Assembly: GCA_024626585.2 (NCBI GenBank)
Contig: JANKJI020000002.1
Span: 78,614,147-78,640,163, forward strand
Direction: 5' to 3'
From: Ginkgo biloba
Taxonomy: Eukaryota > Plantae > Ginkgophyta
DNA: 26,017 nt
In this document: positions 22,512 to 26,017 of the stretch, in pieces
Numbering within the stretch: the stretch's first letter is position 1
Layout of the letters: every line of letters starts with the position of its first letter
Program-made: the position numbers and the translations under genes
The notes under the pieces: generated by a model
Told to the model about the DNA's origin: nothing
The model's input: the letters and a program-made list of their open reading frames with translations, nothing else
Databases searched by the model: none

Positions 22512-24099
22512 CACTACTGTAGACACCCTTATAGTACCTAGTATATAGACACTAGATGCTGCAGTCATATCCCATGCCTCTTCAATCTATATCTTACTCA
22601 ATATAAACATAGGAGCATCCCTAGACAAGATGATGCATCAAGATCACAAAAAGGTTAACTAATCAAAAGAGTGCTAACATTATGCAATAAAAAATTACTT
22701 ACATAACTGGAAATATTAACATATATACAACCATTAGACAGGCAAGAGGCACTAGCATACTAGTGTGTCCTAAAAGAACTTGATAAGGGCCCACAAAAAA
22801 GTGAGTGTAGCCCTACAGGACATGATTGTCTAAGACAGTGATGACCGGTAGTACCTTATAAGCAAGATTTTGAAATGCAAAATCAACTATATATCTATTC
22901 TAATGCTTTTAGAGGAAACAAGAAACATCAAGGGACAAAGAAACTAGAATTATTCTTCTATTTTTGTTTTTCCTAAAATACTATTCAATCTAGATACTAA
23001 CATTTGAAAAGAAAGTGCAATAAAATAAAACATGTGACAACCAATTGGGCATACCCCTATGAATTGTCAAATTAAATACAAGTGACTAATAAAGACAGAA
23101 TGTTATAGACTAGATAGGTCAACCAAATTTGGATTTAAGAAGGGCAAAACCCAAGGAATTAAGTGAAGCAGTTAGCAGGTGGGCCCTATAATTGCTAATA
23201 GCNNNNNNNNNNNNNNNNNNNNNNNNNNNNNNNNNNNNNNNNNNNNNCATAGGGCACCTTGAATGGAGTAATGACATAGGAGAAAAGGCACATAGGTTGA
23301 TGGTTAGGAAGTAGGGCAGTCCCGATAGAGTCTAGACAACCTGTGGAAGTTTTCAAAAGTCCTAGTACAAGGCTATGGCAACTTTTGGCACTTTGACATT
23401 TTTGAAAGAAGAAATCAGATTTGCTTGATTTCTACTTGGCTGCATTGAAGATATCTTGTTGGTACTAGTTTTGGCTCAAAGAAGGAGGACACTACACTTC
23501 CTAGGGTGACATCAAGTTTTGCAACTAGATTTGGCACTGTAGTAGTTAAATAAACCCCTAGAGGCCCTTAGAGAGTGATCCAGACACCTCTAGAGTAGAG
23601 CGCCCCTCTTAGAAGTTGTTTTTCGTACTAGTTGTTGGTTGCAGTTTGAAGCATTGGTTTGTTACAAGTTGTTGTGGAAGATTTTTGCTAAGTATAGTTG
23701 ACGATGACTTTGGGAATATGGGTTTTACTAGTAACTCAACCCCAATTAGTAATATTAAAAACTTAATTGTAGACAACATTCTTTGATCTATATACATACA
23801 TACGAACTTGTTTTGACATAATTAATGCATGAAAAGAATATTTATAGTATGACATCTCTTTGAAGTGTTCTGGGAGATGTATGGATGCATTTATGGCTAT
23901 TTACAATGAATGGGCATGCTGAATTAATTACGAAACTTTCCTTTTCCATGCTTTGTGACTGTCGTCGTACTGTTTGTCCAAACCCTAGGTTTTGGTCATT
24001 GGTGACATGGATTTAGAGTGAATGACCATTAGGGAATTATGAAGCTCAATTTATTATAGTACTTTGTAGCCATGTTTGTATTGGCTAGCAATACGGTTT

Positions 24100-24243
24100 T
24101 GTGAACTTACGATCACGGATGGTAAACGAGGAAATTCGAGAATAAAACAAGAATCAATCACACAACACAAGTTTTCTGGGTAGAATTGGTCTACCACAGA
24201 TTTTTTAATTTATTGCAGTACTCCGAAATTGATCCAATACAAC
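24100..24243 (-). repeat. Probable 3' end of a younger LTR, cut by gap
   Basis: TGTGAAC start with local CpG retention and an AC-rich plus strand (minus strand TG-rich, ending ...GTTCACA). Confidence 0.4.
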
Positions 24244-24399
24244 NNNNNNNNNNNNNNNNNNNNNNNNNNNNNNNNNNNNNNNNNNNNNNNNNNNNNNNNN
24301 NNNNNNNNNNNNNNNNNNNNNNNNNNNNNNNNNNNNNNNNNNNATATTTAGCTATTTTGTTGGTTATAACCTTTATGCCATAGATTTTGTATTTGAACC

Positions 24400-25750
24400 T
24401 TTAGATCTTCAATGACATAAAATCTTCATCTTAATTCATCTCATAAGTCCCTAAAGTTCACAAGCATTGTATGCTCAGTACTCCACTAACACCTCTTATT
24501 AGAATAACCACAAAAAAAATCATTTTAATGTAAAACTACTTATTTATACTTAGGCATATTCTATTATTCCTTCTTATATTATCTCCTTNNNNNNNNNNAT
24601 TCCCTAGGATCGAAAAAGGGAGCCAATTTCTTTTGTTAAACTTCAATCTCAATCTTTTAACTTGCCTTGTATCTAAGAAGTTATGTGTACATCCTAAATT
24701 TACCATCATGAGTAACTTGAACTTCCATATATAACCACAAAGCTTGATTTTTTCTAGCCTTGTAAATCTTGTCATTATTGTTAAGGAAATCTCTACTCTT
24801 CTTATTTGTTGTGTTGAACCTTCTATGATTTTATCACCATATTTATTATTTTTGTCATCTATTAGTTATTTAGTCATCTGATGCTTTCCTTGTTCTTCTT
24901 CTAGAACTTTGGCCATATAAAAATTCTTTTTAATCTTCTTACACTCACGATTCTTAGTATAAGGTTCTCTACACCTATTTCATGGTTGAACTCATAAGTC
25001 TTCCTCCATAACCTTCCTCAAAACTTGAAATTATTCTATCATCACATTTTGAGATCTTCCTTGTGGTTGGCAATCGAGTTATAGAAACAATTGTCTTTCT
25101 TGAATTTGAAATTTTCTATTTATTGAATTCTTGATAACCCTACTTGACTTACCGGGCATAATTTATTACTTCCTTTAATGTTTGAGGCATTTGCATTCTA
25201 ACCTTGCCTTTTAGCTTCGCTCTTAGGTTGGTACTATAGAATTTATAAACATCCTCTTTAGATATCTCTATTTTAGTCTCCTAGATTTTGATTTTTCTAT
25301 TACTACCTACTTTCTTTAGTAGAAGTAGGCTAGTTGTATATTGTAGGGATCGCTCTAGTTCTTATCCTCTCTTTTGTAGAAATCATTAACAAAGTGTCTA
25401 AAATCCCTTATGATGTTTGCATTTTCCTTCAACCACCTTAATCTCCACATGTATGTCATTCCTTCCGTAATGTATAAAGCATAACACACTTTTTTTTTTT
25501 TTTTTAATATCTTGGCTTACTCAATTGCAACTTATAGCTTATATACCCACTCATGCCGTTCAATTTTTCCATCAAAGATGAAATGTAGAATTTTTAGTTG
25601 CATATTATAAGTGATCCTTATACCTTGGTTTCAATCATTTTGATTACTTCCATTCCAGTGCTAACTTTTATGGATATGCTAAGAATCCACCTATTCTTGA
25701 CACATTATTATCTAATCACTTGTGTTACTATTGCTCCTATTCTTTAATTT
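24400..25750 (-). pseudogene. Gypsy gag-protease relic
   Basis: KIKLCGYIWKFKLLMMVNLGCTHNFLDTRQVKRLRL is equivalent to the retropepsin LVDSGSTHNFL motif (D>N at 24698-24700). A degenerate knuckle region lies near 24960-25020. The gag extent is approximate. Confidence 0.8.
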
Positions 25751-26017
25751 TATAAATTGTGCACTGACACATTTAAATCTACACATCATTTCAAATTTGA
25801 ATTTGTAAATGCTTGATAATATTTTTGTAAATGATACATTTTGTTTTCTTTTGTCAAGAAGCTGAAGAGGTCAATTGAAAACCATAAATTAGAATATCCA
25901 CTTCACTAAAAACTAAATATCTATGCTTTTTTTTTTGTTATCTTTTTTTTTCTCCCTTGTAATCTTTGCCACTCAACATTCATGTGTGTATGTTCTAGCC
26001 ATGATGTTCAAATTTTG

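Larger units (their letters stand above)
3149..24343. other. Eleven 100-N scaffolding gaps (starts 3149, 6800, 8065, 9517, 10774, 12398, 15308, 17257, 18599, 19816, 24244) plus sized gaps (e.g. 4626-5067, 21476-22244)
   Basis: Directly counted N runs. 100 N is a conventional unknown-size placeholder. Confidence 0.95.

Noticed and set aside
23030-23778. Possible solo LTR ending ...AGACAACA
   Set aside because: LTR-like in character, but no matching terminal inverted repeat or TSD could be identified.

Overview
AT-rich, strongly CpG-depleted plant intergenic DNA with no intact gene. The tRNA-iMet primer-binding sites and Ty3/gypsy and Ty1/copia relics fit a large, repeat-rich genome such as a gymnosperm, but the species cannot be determined. 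Eleven gaps of exactly 100 N split the window into pieces of about 1.1-4.3 kb, and there are eight gaps of other sizes. Nearly all readable sequence is nested, decayed LTR-retrotransposon material: three gypsy RT relics (two with RNase H sequence), two aspartic-protease relics, several gag relics, five tRNA-iMet PBS and about ten LTR ends of different ages. I found no prokaryotic system, CRISPR array or RNA gene, and no convincing novel biological system. The best second-look items are: (1) a tandemly amplified PPT/LTR-start unit in a copia-type LTR; (2) a very old gypsy element apparently inserted into the LTR of its own family, with its two LTRs on either side of an assembly gap; (3) C>T decay extending into CHH contexts; (4) several unassigned decayed ORF relics. 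All alignments and counts were done by eye.
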